Source of the DNA: Coniocarpon cinnabarinum
Lineage: Eukaryota
Reading direction: 5' to 3'
Assembly: GCA_051942205.1 (NCBI GenBank)
Contig: JAVECO010000166.1
Coordinates: 1-51,365, forward strand
DNA length: 51,365 nt
Part shown: positions 1-10,848 of the stretch, one piece after another
Position numbering within the stretch: position 1 is the stretch's first letter
Layout of the letters: every line of letters begins with the position of its first letter
Made by a program: the position numbers and the translations under genes
The notes under the pieces: generated by a model
Databases searched by the model: none
Seen by the model: the letters and a program-made list of their open reading frames with translations, nothing else
Told to the model about the DNA's origin: nothing

Positions 1-1
1 G

Positions 2-262
2 CCCCCGCCAGATGCAAGCATGGACTTGTCTGATGGCATATTAGAAAGCATCGCCGAAACTGGCATCACCTCACACGAAGATGTCAGTGGCTCTTTCACG
101 CAGGAGGCAATAGATGCGGTCGCCATGGCATCAGAGTCTTCGGTCACGGCTAAAGACACTGATGCCACTCCTTTTTCAGTGAATTTCTCCACGGACAAAA
201 AGGATTTGTTGCCGCCAAACACAGAATCGCAAGAGCAGTTAGAGCACACGGTTAAGGCGTAG
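2..262 (+). CDS. Probable 3' end of a gene entering from the left edge (S/T/D/E-rich C-terminus, unknown product)
   Basis: Frame is open from the window edge to TAG at 262; low-complexity, protein-like composition; no family motif recognised. Confidence 0.4.
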   Translation, partial: PPPDASMDLSDGILESIAETGITSHEDVSGSFTQEAIDAVAMASESSVTAKDTDATPFSVNFSTDKKDLLPPNTESQEQLEHTVKA

Positions 263-663
263 TATACTCCTCGGCAACCGAAGTGTAATGAGGTCTATGA
301 TGAAGGTCTAGCCTGCGAGTCTTATTTGACTGTATATAATGGCACTCGAGAAGCCGACCGCTATTGGAGTGTTGGCGCGGTCTAGCAGCTTGTAAGATAG
401 GAGGCAAGATTCCGCGAAGATGTCACAAGATCTCCATTCCGCTCTCCACGGCATCAACCCTGCACAAATTTTCACATTCGTCGAACGATAGAACGATGAA
501 TTGCGACCCTGCCCCAACTCTTCCTCGCAGAGGCGCGGTGTCAGAACACGTGCAAAGTGAAGTATCTCTTGACACTTCCCCATGTAGTCTATATCCTCCA
601 CTCTTCAACCTAGGTGATAAATGTCTTTGTGCGAGGCCAGGGAAACGGCGAGGGTCTACAGAA

Positions 664-2262
664 ATGCCCAACTCAATGGCGCTTGCAAAGCGCGCATCCG
701 ACACCGACCTCATGCCTCCCCCGCCAACGAAACGCATGAAACGCCCACCCAAAGTATTGACCGAAGAAGACTACAGCGCCGATCTCGACTACATCATCGC
801 TCGCGATTACTTTCCCGGCCTGCTCGAGGCGGATGCTCAGCAAGATTACCTCGATGCACTGGAGGCGGGAGATGAGGACTGGATGCAGGAAGCGGGGCAA
901 CGTGTCAAAGCGGTCATGACACCGCGAGAGCCTGGGCGCAGGCGTGTCAGTATGACGCCTAGACGGACTGGATTAGGTGATGCTGACGATGGGAGGACGC
1001 CAGTCGGCTGGAAAGGGGCGACGCCAATAAGAACCCCCGGAAGAGAAGGGCAGGCTAGAAAAAGAGCAGAGGAAGCTGCTAGCAAGGAAGACGGGGGGTC
1101 CTCGAGAACAAACACGAGTCTGTCTTCATACCAGGCGACGTATACCTCTGAAGATAACACGTCCTTTGCAAAGGTCATCGACAACCAGAATGCAAAACGG
1201 CGGGAGAAGTACCGCCATCTATGGTCCGGCACGAATAAGCTTCCTTCAAAGCAGCAGCTGGCTCAACGGCAGTTGGCCGATCAAAAAACGCACACCAAGG
1301 CTCTCGCGGCACCTGAATACTTCTCCGCTCGCTATACTGGAACATCGCCTTCAACCGCCCTTGTTAAAGCTGATCCGTCTCAACCTTCCCTGGATTCGGA
1401 CGATCGCCCTGCTATGATCGATAAACGACCGCGTAACCCTCGCAATGGCCTCTTCTTCAACCCTGACGATATGGCAGAGACACATTCGCATCTCTCGTCG
1501 GTGGCCGAGACGGCTGCTCAGAACTCGAAAGCTGCGCCGAAGGCTGTTAGCTATACCAATACCCGCGTCCCTCTCACTGCAGATGGTGTCGCTATGATTG
1601 AAGAAGATGCAGACGACGATCGGCCCGCCAGTCCGACCTTAAGCGCCGTCGACGCTGCAATGAAAGGCCGCCCCCATCCCGGTCTTCAAAAAGGTGGGCT
1701 ATACGCGGACAGTGACGCCGGCGAAACCGTAGACGGAAATGCAACGCCCATGGTCGATGGCTGGAAATTCGTCGACGCCGATGTACCCGTCGAAGACCCA
1801 CCTCGACCTTCCAGCACTTCCACAACCGCAAAGCCAAAGGAAGTAGATCACGACGCCCTCCTCGACTCTTTGACCCGACACCTACTCGACGACAATGACG
1901 ACGAGTCTGATTCTACGAATCCCTACCGTATCGATGAAAAAAGCAAGCGCGAGTCTCTACATCACAATCTAGTAGCAAAACAAAATGCCGCTAAACGCGC
2001 CAAGAAAGATCGGTTAGCCGCCCTGAAGGGACAAGAAGTGGGCAAGACGCCCAGATTCGAAAGTAGTCCGCGAGTCGGCGCGATGCCAAAGGGCGGTGAA
2101 ACGCCTGGCAGAAAAGGCGGAGGAATTGGTGGACTAACGCCTGCAGGGAGGGCGTTGTATCAGAAGATTGGGGGACAGACGCCTACCAGAGCAAGGGCGA
2201 CGGAGGCAACGCCATTTGGTGGGAGGATGGCGAGAGTTACGCCCGTAAGTGCGAAGAGGTAG
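664..2262 (+). CDS. ESS2: Es2/DGCR14 (ESS2) family nuclear splicing-associated protein
   Basis: Motifs LMPPPP.KR.KRPPKVL.E, IIARDYFPGL, SL..YQA.YTSEDN.SF, TPMVDGWKFVD, LTPAG; ATG at 664 (alternative 676) preferred over the TTG-started ORF at 364. Confidence 0.88.
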   Translation: MPNSMALAKRASDTDLMPPPPTKRMKRPPKVLTEEDYSADLDYIIARDYFPGLLEADAQQDYLDALEAGDEDWMQEAGQRVKAVMTPREPGRRRVSMTPRRTGLGDADDGRTPVGWKGATPIRTPGREGQARKRAEEAASKEDGGSSRTNTSLSSYQATYTSEDNTSFAKVIDNQNAKRREKYRHLWSGTNKLPSKQQLAQRQLADQKTHTKALAAPEYFSARYTGTSPSTALVKADPSQPSLDSDDRPAMIDKRPRNPRNGLFFNPDDMAETHSHLSSVAETAAQNSKAAPKAVSYTNTRVPLTADGVAMIEEDADDDRPASPTLSAVDAAMKGRPHPGLQKGGLYADSDAGETVDGNATPMVDGWKFVDADVPVEDPPRPSSTSTTAKPKEVDHDALLDSLTRHLLDDNDDESDSTNPYRIDEKSKRESLHHNLVAKQNAAKRAKKDRLAALKGQEVGKTPRFESSPRVGAMPKGGETPGRKGGGIGGLTPAGRALYQKIGGQTPTRARATEATPFGGRMARVTPVSAKR

Positions 2263-4452
2263 ATGGCAGATTAAAGATGATGATATTGATACCCACATGA
2301 GAGCATGAACTTTCACATTTCAATCAGCTGTTAAGGCCGCACCAAGCCTTATTGGTTTAGTTCGCTTCGAGGTGCCGCAGCGACGGTAATGATTTCTTTC
2401 TTTCTCCGTAACGAATGTACTTTTGGGCATGACTGCAATACTATGCGTACTTTGAAGATCAAAGTTTTCACTTCTACTTGAAAGAAGTATGGCTAGGGTG
2501 CAGCGCATCGCCTCTCCTGCATCACTATCCAAACACGCCGAGGTACTTGAATCCTAAACACTGCAAACAATCCGATGCGAATTTAAGGAGCTGATCTGCT
2601 AAGCCAGCGCATCGTCTTCATTCACGTCACTTGCACTTTCGCCTGCTAGGACTATATCGAGCTCTTTTCGCAATACGATCCAAGAACTTTTGAATTGCGC
2701 ATTCACGAGCGTATGTTTTGCTTTTTCGAAACAACAAATGTGTCTACCTATACCCTAGCATTGCTCTACGACCCTGATTGATCGAATTATTGCACTGGAT
2801 GTTCTCTCGGTATTGCTATATTGTGGTTTCTCTGCTGCTGGGAGGCACGGCTTTTCTCTATTCTGCTGGTAGCAACTAGGTGTAGAGTCTGCTATGACTT
2901 GTCCTCGCACGCTATGAGCACGACAATGAAGATGCAATGACATGCTTGCACTCTTTGCGCTCAGGTAAAAATACCGTCGTTGACGTGCTTGCGCATGACA
3001 CTCGTCCTGTAGGATTCGAAGCTGAGAAACTAGCGGACAGCAACGGTCTGCTCTCGATCCGTATGCAGCCAGCCCGCGAAATGTCTCATTTTGTGATAGA
3101 GCGTGGAATTTGCCCCTCATACCTATCCTTATCCTTATAGACACTCACAATCACCATGGGGATCAAAGTGGCAGCGTTAGCTTCGTTGTTCAGAGAGCGG
3201 GGAATTTTTCAGACGTTGTGACAGACGGCAAGTGATTCCGAACGGGCAAGCGCGTCACGATCATAGTAAAGAGCTTGTGACATGATTGTGACGACGCGAC
3301 TTGTCGCAGTCATCACGATGATCCCAGTGGAGAAGGAACAGGGAACCAAGACTGACTCACGGTGTGAGGTCGGGGGTCCTGGCAATGATCAGAAGAGGAC
3401 ATGATCTCGACACGAGTACGTAAGCCGACGGCATCGAGCTTGCGTCTAGACGCGAACCGTCGTCGTGTGCAGGATTTGCCGTACCAGGAACAAGCTCCCA
3501 TCTGCTGACAAGGTGGGCAAGGCTGAGAAGTCCACGGAGGCGAAGGTTTGCCCTCAACCTGGTTCTGCGGGAAACTCAATGGTAAGTGTCGGTGTCTAGA
3601 AGTCGCGCCGCAGGTGTCCACGAAAGTGAGCTTTCAAAATAATTGCCGGTTGGCTGTTCTCGCAACGTGTTCTCAACATGCCGATGCCGTGTTTTGGTCC
3701 GCTTTTTGGCAAGTCGATGAGCAAGTACACCATTATAGACAGCTGCAGGAACCCGCCCGAACCTGGAGAGATGCTCGAACAGCGCTTGTGGGAATGTCAG
3801 TAGCCGTACCCGGTAGCTTTCTATACGCTCAAGCAGGTTGTAAACGCGATTGGCGGGTTTGTTTCCTAACACTTCCGTCGAATCCGATGGTGCTGATGGC
3901 AATGTCTGGACGAAGTCGGGCCAAACCTAGTTCCGAATGGCGCTTGGCTTTGGTTTGGAACGCCTCTTCAGCTCCTTTTCTAGGAGCCTCGTAGCGCGAC
4001 CGTCCCTCCTTTGGGGTTGACGTCCGGCAGCCCAGTGGGTGCAGATGTGACTACTTTTCCAGAGAAGTGCGGAATGTTCTCGGTAAACCCCATTGACGCG
4101 GCTCGTCTACCCTGGATTCTCACAGACATGTGATTTGAAGACATCGCTTCACATCTGGACCAAACCGTTTGTAACTTGAACCGTGGTTGTTGTGTATCGA
4201 TGACAGGCTGGTTGTTCATGGGCCACTGGATGTTTCAGAGTTCGAGGCCTGCGTTTGCAATCGGAAACGGCGATGCTATTCGGCTGGCGCAATGCACTGC
4301 TTATATATCACTGGGTCTGCTCTAGAACATCTTCGTCCTGCTTTTCTCATGCGAGTGCCGACCGTAATAAAAAGACGGCCATAACGCGCTTGATGTGCGC
4401 AAGTCTATAGGGGCTTTCCAGCACGACAAACTGGTAATATTGCAATAACAAC

Positions 4453-5946
4453 ATGGCGTCCAGAACTCAAGACGTTAACCAGCTGACCGACGATGACTTG
4501 GTGCCAGCGGTATGCGAGCATTGCGTGCCATATGTTTTGGCCATAGGATCGATGACCTGACAAGTGTAACCCAGCTCGTTGCAGTCTCGATTACCATTAT
4601 GGTTCTAACGACGTTTTTCGTCGCTCTCAGATTCGTATCGAGGTCTTTCATACAAAAGATGCCTTTGGATATGGACGACTTCCTCATTGTCCCGTCTTAT
4701 GCTCTCAACATTGGGTTGTGTGCCACTAGCCTTGGGTACGTCTAGGACTGCCCCGAATGTAATGTATATGCTCACCTTGTCAATGTCTAGTAAGCTCCGT
4801 CGTCTGCTCAGCGGATGTCAGTTGCTCCTCGGGCGCTCTAACAGCTGCCAGTCGTCGCAAAGCTGGAGGAGCACCTTCAGCCGCCACGCGATTTACGAAA
4901 TCCAGATACACTCAAAGCCTTGAGCTCTCTCCTAAAATGCATCTACAGCATTCTCCCTCTTTTGTACACCGGCGGCGTTTTCCCAAAGCTTTCTATCCTT
5001 TTTCTCTACCTGAGGATCTTTCCAGATCGGACTGTGCGGCTTTTGTCATTTGCCGCCATGGCATTCGCAATTCTTACATCTGGGGGCTTCGCTTTGACAG
5101 GGTTGTTCGGCTGCCAACCGCTTGATGCCTTCTTCAATCTAGTGGGTGTTTACCATTCCTTGAGAGTGCGCTAGACGAAAGAGTTGACAAAGGAGGTAGA
5201 CGGTCAAAAATGGTCGTTGCATCAACTTTCGGCTCTTCTACAAAGTCATCACGCCCATTGCTGCCCTCGTTGAGTAAGTGCTCGGAAACCCGCTTGCCTC
5301 ATTGTTGATTCGTGATCGCATAGCTTACTTTAACGCATAGCCTGGTCATACTGCTCATCCCTATGCCAGCTCTTTGGCGGCTTCAGATGCCAAAATCCAA
5401 GAAGCTCGGGCTCATGTTTGTCTTTGTCATGAGTGGCTTGTGCGTATGAAAGAACGGCATATCCGGAACAGGCCACTAACAGAGCCCAGGGGAACTATAG
5501 CCTGCATTGCTCGTTGGATTGTTGTCTTAAAAGTCAGTCCACAAGTCATCATTCCAAATGTTATAGCGGCAATTGTTGAACCGGCTGTTTACCTCATCAC
5601 GGCGTGCTTGCCTCCATGCAGCGCGTTTTTCATGCTCTTCATGGAAAATGACCGTGTCCGCCGCGCACTCAATTGGAGCACACGGAAGCCGACAAGATCT
5701 GTTGGATCTGAACGGATATATCTCAGTTCAAAGGCATCCTCCGGCTTCGGACGGCTCAATGATAAGGGCGACTCCGAGTCTCAGTTGACAGGAGCCAGGC
5801 GGAGCTCAACATACAAAACTTCTATTGCTGTGCAGCAACATTCTGCGCCCTGCGAAGACATACCGCTGCAAGGACTTGGCATTGGTATGCGGCAGGACAT
5901 CATTATTGAAGAGTCGCGGGAACTCGAGACACGTCAGAATCATTGA
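4453..5946 (+). CDS. Pth11-like (fungal rhodopsin-domain) integral membrane protein; exons 4453-4509, 4575-4734, 4852-5141, 5200-5273, 5341-5439, 5490-5946
   Basis: Spliced translation gives VALRFVSR..DDFLI, K.SIL.LYLRIF, C.PL.AFF..GRCIN, DL.IL.IPMP.LW.LQM..KK.GL, E..V.LI.ACLP; all introns GT-AG with branch-like sites; the 4735-4851 intervening sequence needs a nested intron (see findings). Confidence 0.88.
4735..4851 (+). other. Candidate [D1,2] spliceosomal twin intron (internal intron 4736-4790 inside the donor of an external intron ending at 4851)
   Basis: G|GTACGT..GCTCAC..TAG|TAAGCT..CTAAC..CAG; removing 4736-4790 creates GTAAGC, and removing the resulting intron restores frame. Confidence 0.72.
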
Positions 5947-6102
5947 CCGACATCCTGCGCAAAGGTCATTAAAGAGGAGCTTATTGGCGTGGTGGCTTTG
6001 TGAAAGATGACAACATGAAAGCTGTGCATATGAGTCTGATACCTGTATTCGTAAAATGTATGTATTGTGCCTGTACGCTGGACTGTAAAGTCAGCCACTG
6101 TA

Positions 6103-7413
6103 TCACAAGTCAATCTTTGAAGCCACCATCTTGTCTGACAGGAAGCCTGTTGTGAAAAGCCAACCCTGCTTTTTCCCTCCGTTTTTCTCCGGGTCAATAC
6201 CTAAAAGGACCGCAGTGGTTGCAGTCCGTACGAAGTGACCTTCGTCTTGAAATATCAAGTGCGGCGTCCAACCACCAATCGTCAGGTTCGATGGCTTGGT
6301 GTCCTGCCTGAGATGCCACACAACTGCTGGCTGGGGCACTTCTATGTTGTCAAATGCACTAAGGTCGCCAGCGCGAGCCAGGCCTGCCAAAACATAACCT
6401 GATGCGTTGTTGGTTTTCGTGGCATACTCATCTACAAAGTGTGAAGGGTTGTCAAGGGTCGTCTGTAGTTGAAAGCTGTCGATACGCTGCAAAGTGGGTT
6501 CTTTCCTTGAGTCAAGCGGCCTCAGGGCTCGATGCATAACACCACCAGAGGCGTCCACAATCACTAACTCAGCGGGATTACTTGGATGACCCACTCCCAA
6601 GCCATTATTGTTGTGCATGCCGGTCAAGGCTTTACTGACTTCTAGACCGGCTTCAGGGTCTTTCAGATTTAGGTCAGAAATTTCAACGTGAACGATGTCC
6701 GTCCAGGCGGCTGTCTGTTGGTTGAGACCATCCTCGAGATTCCTCAAAAAACCTTCAGGATAATAATGATCGTTCGTAACATAGAACTGATTTGAGCTCA
6801 CTGCAACAAGGTCGTTAGGGGTACGAATCAAAGGGTGCCTAATTGATCGGAGGTACTGGGCGTCGTCAGACCCTATTTCGTGCTTGAAAAGCTCAATTTG
6901 AGAACGATGTCTGCTCGGATAGGCGGATCCTGGTGTCGGCGTATCATAGTGGAGTGGATTTGGCAAATGATTAATGGCAAAAATGTAGACTGTCTGGGGA
7001 TCCTCGCTTGACGACCAGATGTCTATTCCATGAGTGATGAACGGCCCCTTGAAGCCTTTGAGCTTCAGCTTCTTGGAGGTGAAAGTTTTTGGATCCACGA
7101 TTGTCAGCGATCCCTTGTTGACTCGCTTGGGATCCTTGTAGTTGCCAACCGCTGGAAACCAGCCAAAGTGCTGCGTTTTATCATCCTGACAGGCAGTGAA
7201 CAACAGGTCCGACGGCCTGTGATGGTGCAAATCTTCGCAAGCGATGGTGTCTGGGATGACTTTCAAAGCTTCGACCCCATGGACGTTGCTGATGCTGTGC
7301 TGAGGTCTTGTGAAACCTAAGACGATTGCTCTCTGGTAAACGGGCTGGTACAGAAGAGCTACGAGGGTGCCAACAAGGCCAAAAAAGCCAACAAGTGCCT
7401 GACCACGCGCCAT
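6103..7413 (-). CDS. Serum paraoxonase/arylesterase-like beta-propeller hydrolase
   Basis: N-terminal hydrophobic anchor; CEDL, HGIDI, INH, PNDL, FYVTNDH, NNG and LDN motifs; intronless; ATG at 7413. Confidence 0.85.
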   Translation of the reverse strand: MARGQALVGFFGLVGTLVALLYQPVYQRAIVLGFTRPQHSISNVHGVEALKVIPDTIACEDLHHHRPSDLLFTACQDDKTQHFGWFPAVGNYKDPKRVNKGSLTIVDPKTFTSKKLKLKGFKGPFITHGIDIWSSSEDPQTVYIFAINHLPNPLHYDTPTPGSAYPSRHRSQIELFKHEIGSDDAQYLRSIRHPLIRTPNDLVAVSSNQFYVTNDHYYPEGFLRNLEDGLNQQTAAWTDIVHVEISDLNLKDPEAGLEVSKALTGMHNNNGLGVGHPSNPAELVIVDASGGVMHRALRPLDSRKEPTLQRIDSFQLQTTLDNPSHFVDEYATKTNNASGYVLAGLARAGDLSAFDNIEVPQPAVVWHLRQDTKPSNLTIGGWTPHLIFQDEGHFVRTATTAVLLGIDPEKNGGKKQGWLFTTGFLSDKMVASKIDL

Positions 7414-7681
7414 GTCCACACAGCGACTTCTGAGCACAGTCTTGAACTTGGCTACCTACCCAAGTATGCGCGCAGGAGAATTGTGCGCGCCTTTTGTAAG
7501 CATGCCATAGCATGCATGGGCCAGCCACGCCATATAACTCAATGGTGAGAGCTAATGGCGCCAACCGCTCCGTGATGTCACCCTTCCGAGGTGATTACCC
7601 GAGCTGGGGTTGCTTATGATTTTGGTGTCAATCCTCCAGTTGCACCTCACGGCAGACTGCTGTGAAGTTGAGATTGCAACA

Positions 7682-9031
7682 ATGTCTCTTAGGTTGGAAA
7701 GCAAGGCGTGCAGGCTGGTTCTACCTCGACTATCCCGACGTCACCTCAGCGCTTCAGCACCACATCGAAAAGAGCTTCAAGATGCATACATCCTTAGCGC
7801 AGCACGAACGCCAGTAGGAATGGTAAAAAATCCGAAATACAGTCAATTGCTATTCGCGGAGCGTCGACGCTGACGGGCATAGTTTGGAGGTGGTCTAGCC
7901 TCTGTCCCTGCACCAACCCTGGGAGCCACAGCCATCCGCTCTGCTCTCGACCGTACCACCCTTTCAGCTTCAAGTATTACCTCAGCTTACATCGGCAATG
8001 TTCTCAGCGCTGGCATGGGGCAATCACCCGCGCGACAGGCTGTCCTTGCCGGTCCTGCCTCACTCTCTACCAATGTCGATTGCACAACGGTCAATAAGGT
8101 CTGCTCCTCTGGCCTCAAGTCTGTGGCACTCGCAGCTCAATCAATCGCACTTGATATCGACAAAGCGGTTCTAGCAGGTGGGATGGAGAGCATGTCACGA
8201 GTGCCGTTCTATCTTCCCAGAGGACCGCAAATGCCGGCATTTGGGGAATTGAAAGTCCGAGACGGCATGATCAGCGATGGTCTATGGGACCCATACAACG
8301 ATGTGCATATGGGAAAGTGCGCAGAGACGTGTGCAAACAATCAGAAGATCAGCCGAGAAGCACAAGACCAATACGCTGTCGAAAGCTATGCTCGTACCCA
8401 AAAGGCATGGAGCGAGGGCGCTTTCAATGAAGAGATTGCTGCAGTGACGGTCCCTGGCAAAAAAGGAGACACCATAGTCAAAGAAGACGAAGGCTACAAC
8501 AGGCTCAAGCTGGACAAAGTGCCAACTTTGAAACCAGCATTCGTTAAGGACGGTACTGTGACCGCTGCTAATAGCTCCAGCTTCAATGACGGTGCCAGCG
8601 CACTTGTTTTGGGCAATAAAGACATTGCGAAGGAACATGGCAGCAAATCAAGAGTGTTGGCAAGAGTAGTAAGCTACGCTGATGCCGCCATCGACCCGAT
8701 CGACTTTCCAATCGCTCCAGCCTCAGCAGTACCAATTGCTTTGCAAAGAGCAGGCCTGAACACATCGGACATCGCCCACTGGGAGATCAATGAAGCGTTC
8801 GCGGCTGTCGTTGTCGCCAATGCGAGACTTCTTGGGCTCGAAAACCAGATGGACAAGGTCAATCCCTTGGGCGGAGCTATACCGCTGGGACATGCGATAG
8901 GAAGCAGTGGCAGTCGCATACTGACCACCATGCTGCATCGATTGAAAGACGGCGAATTTGGCTGTGCTGCTATTTGCAACGGCGGTGGTGCAGCTACTGC
9001 GATGGTTGTGCAGCGAGTGAGCTCAGTGTGA
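7682..9031 (+). CDS. Acetyl-CoA C-acetyltransferase (Erg10/ACAT-type thiolase) with a likely mitochondrial presequence; exons 7682-7822, 7883-9031
   Basis: [15 protein letters not shown] across intron 7823-7882; [27 protein letters not shown] catalytic motifs; Arg/Ser/Leu-rich N-terminus. Confidence 0.93.
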
Positions 9032-9278
9032 TGGCCTAATCGGTGACAGCGAGGCCCTGGATTGATCACGTACGCAGTTTGCAGGCTTGACCCGAACAGG
9101 TCCCACTTATGCATGTAAGTGCCTTGAAGCTGGGGTTGAGTAAATCCCAGCATGGGAGAATCAAGGACAACTCACCCTTCCCCTACACAGATGCGGGCCA
9201 ACTGGCGAGCTGGTCAGACCTTCGCCACGCACGAGGTGGCCCTGTGGGGAATGCTCACAATCGTGGCGGTTCCGTGGT

Positions 9279-10529
9279 TCAGGCACGTATGTTATCCAGC
9301 GTACGCACGACTGTCTCGGCGAAGGATCTGTCATTCAGCGGCTCAGATCTCCGAATGATTTCAAGCGAAGGCAAGACCTCGCCCGCGTTTGCAATGGCAT
9401 TAAACAGGGCTTTATCAGCTTCAGCGTTGTGGAACGCCTGACCTGTGGAAGAGATGATGCTCACGCCGTCCCCGGGAAGGATCAGCTTGACCTTACTGGG
9501 ATTTTTCGCAAATGTCGACACCTTCTCGGCGATGAAGTCTCCAATCTCGGTGCACTCCGCGGGCGTCGTTCGCATCAGTGTCACCGCAGGGTTGTGAATG
9601 TACAGCTTGCGCTCCTTGTACTTCTCCGGTACTGTCTCCTTGGCTCCAAAGTTCACCATGTCGCAGGCTCCAACGGAGACCACGTACGGGATGCCCGCTA
9701 TAAGCGCTGCTTCAAGCCGATGCGGACCAGCTGACATATTGCCGCCCATCAGATGATCTGCGATCTCTGTCGTAGTCAAGTCGACGACAGCATCTAGCTT
9801 CCCCGTCTCAACAAGCCGCTCCATTGCCTTACCTCCGTGGCCTGTTGCGTGGAATACGTATACCTCTGTCGAGCCGTCTTTTGTTAATTGCTCCCGGATC
9901 ATGTCAACGCATGGTGTAGTGACGCCGAACATTGTAATGCCCACTCGTCGCTTGGGTTTGTTAGGGGACAGGTTTGACGGCTCAGTAGACCGTGCGGCCA
10001 TGCCTACCACCGCGCTGGCTGCGTTGCGAAACACTTGATCCAGCATTCCATTCCAGCCCGCTATGTCAACGATGCTGTACACCATGAAGATGTCCGTCTC
10101 ACCCACGAAGGGGCTGATGTCGCCAGATCCAACAGTACTCACCATGACCTTTGGAAACCCGATCGGCAGTGCTCGCATCGCTCTTGTCGCCAGCGATGTC
10201 CCGCCTGTGCCACCGGCAGAGATGATCGCATGGAATGCGCCCTTCTGGTGGAGCTCACGCACACATCTTTCAGCACATTGTGCAAGATAATCAACAATCT
10301 CACCACGCAACGCAGTCTGAAAGTTTGGTTTCTGCTCCGCGAGGCCATTGACCTCCCCATACTTGACGAGTTCGGAGTGAGTGACGGTGATCTCAGGGGC
10401 CTGCACCTCCTCACGCCCTGCATCTATCAGGACCACATCCTTTGCGCCAGCCGACAAGACCAGCTCCCGCAATTTGAGAAACTCCGCCAGCTTTGTGTCC
10501 AGCGTGCCGAGAATAGCGACGGTTGCCAT
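9279..10529 (-). CDS. Tm-1-like ATP-binding domain protein (UPF0261)
   Basis: GTLDTK..E, GGTGGT, LPIGFPK.MVST, SIVDIAG.N, TMFGVTTPCV, FHATG.GG.AME, DLTTTE.AD, DMVNFG, HNP.VTLMRT; intronless. Confidence 0.93.
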   Translation of the reverse strand: MATVAILGTLDTKLAEFLKLRELVLSAGAKDVVLIDAGREEVQAPEITVTHSELVKYGEVNGLAEQKPNFQTALRGEIVDYLAQCAERCVRELHQKGAFHAIISAGGTGGTSLATRAMRALPIGFPKVMVSTVGSGDISPFVGETDIFMVYSIVDIAGWNGMLDQVFRNAASAVVGMAARSTEPSNLSPNKPKRRVGITMFGVTTPCVDMIREQLTKDGSTEVYVFHATGHGGKAMERLVETGKLDAVVDLTTTEIADHLMGGNMSAGPHRLEAALIAGIPYVVSVGACDMVNFGAKETVPEKYKERKLYIHNPAVTLMRTTPAECTEIGDFIAEKVSTFAKNPSKVKLILPGDGVSIISSTGQAFHNAEADKALFNAIANAGEVLPSLEIIRRSEPLNDRSFAETVVRTLDNIRA

Positions 10530-10848
10530 GTTTGTCTGTGGAAGACGCCGGAGAGCCCCAGCTCAATACTCACATCGGGCTCTTAAGAAGTGAAGCTCAC
10601 GCGATACCATGTGCATCAGAATCATTGACGACGACCGTTTGCACGCTGAGATCTTTCCAACCTCGTGAAAGCTGTCAAGCAGACCCTCGATTACGTCAGT
10701 GGGGAGCTCTACCAATTGACCGACGAAACACAGATTGACACATTGTGAAACTCGAAAGAAAACAATACAATCACTTCATACCAACATTGTATCTAGTCAG
10801 CACCACCTTCACGACTAGTCTCAACTCTCCAGCGCACCACAGCACACC

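Noticed and set aside
364..663. 100-aa N-terminal extension of the Es2 ORF
   Set aside because: Starts at TTG, not protein-like, and the recognisable family sequence begins after ATG 664
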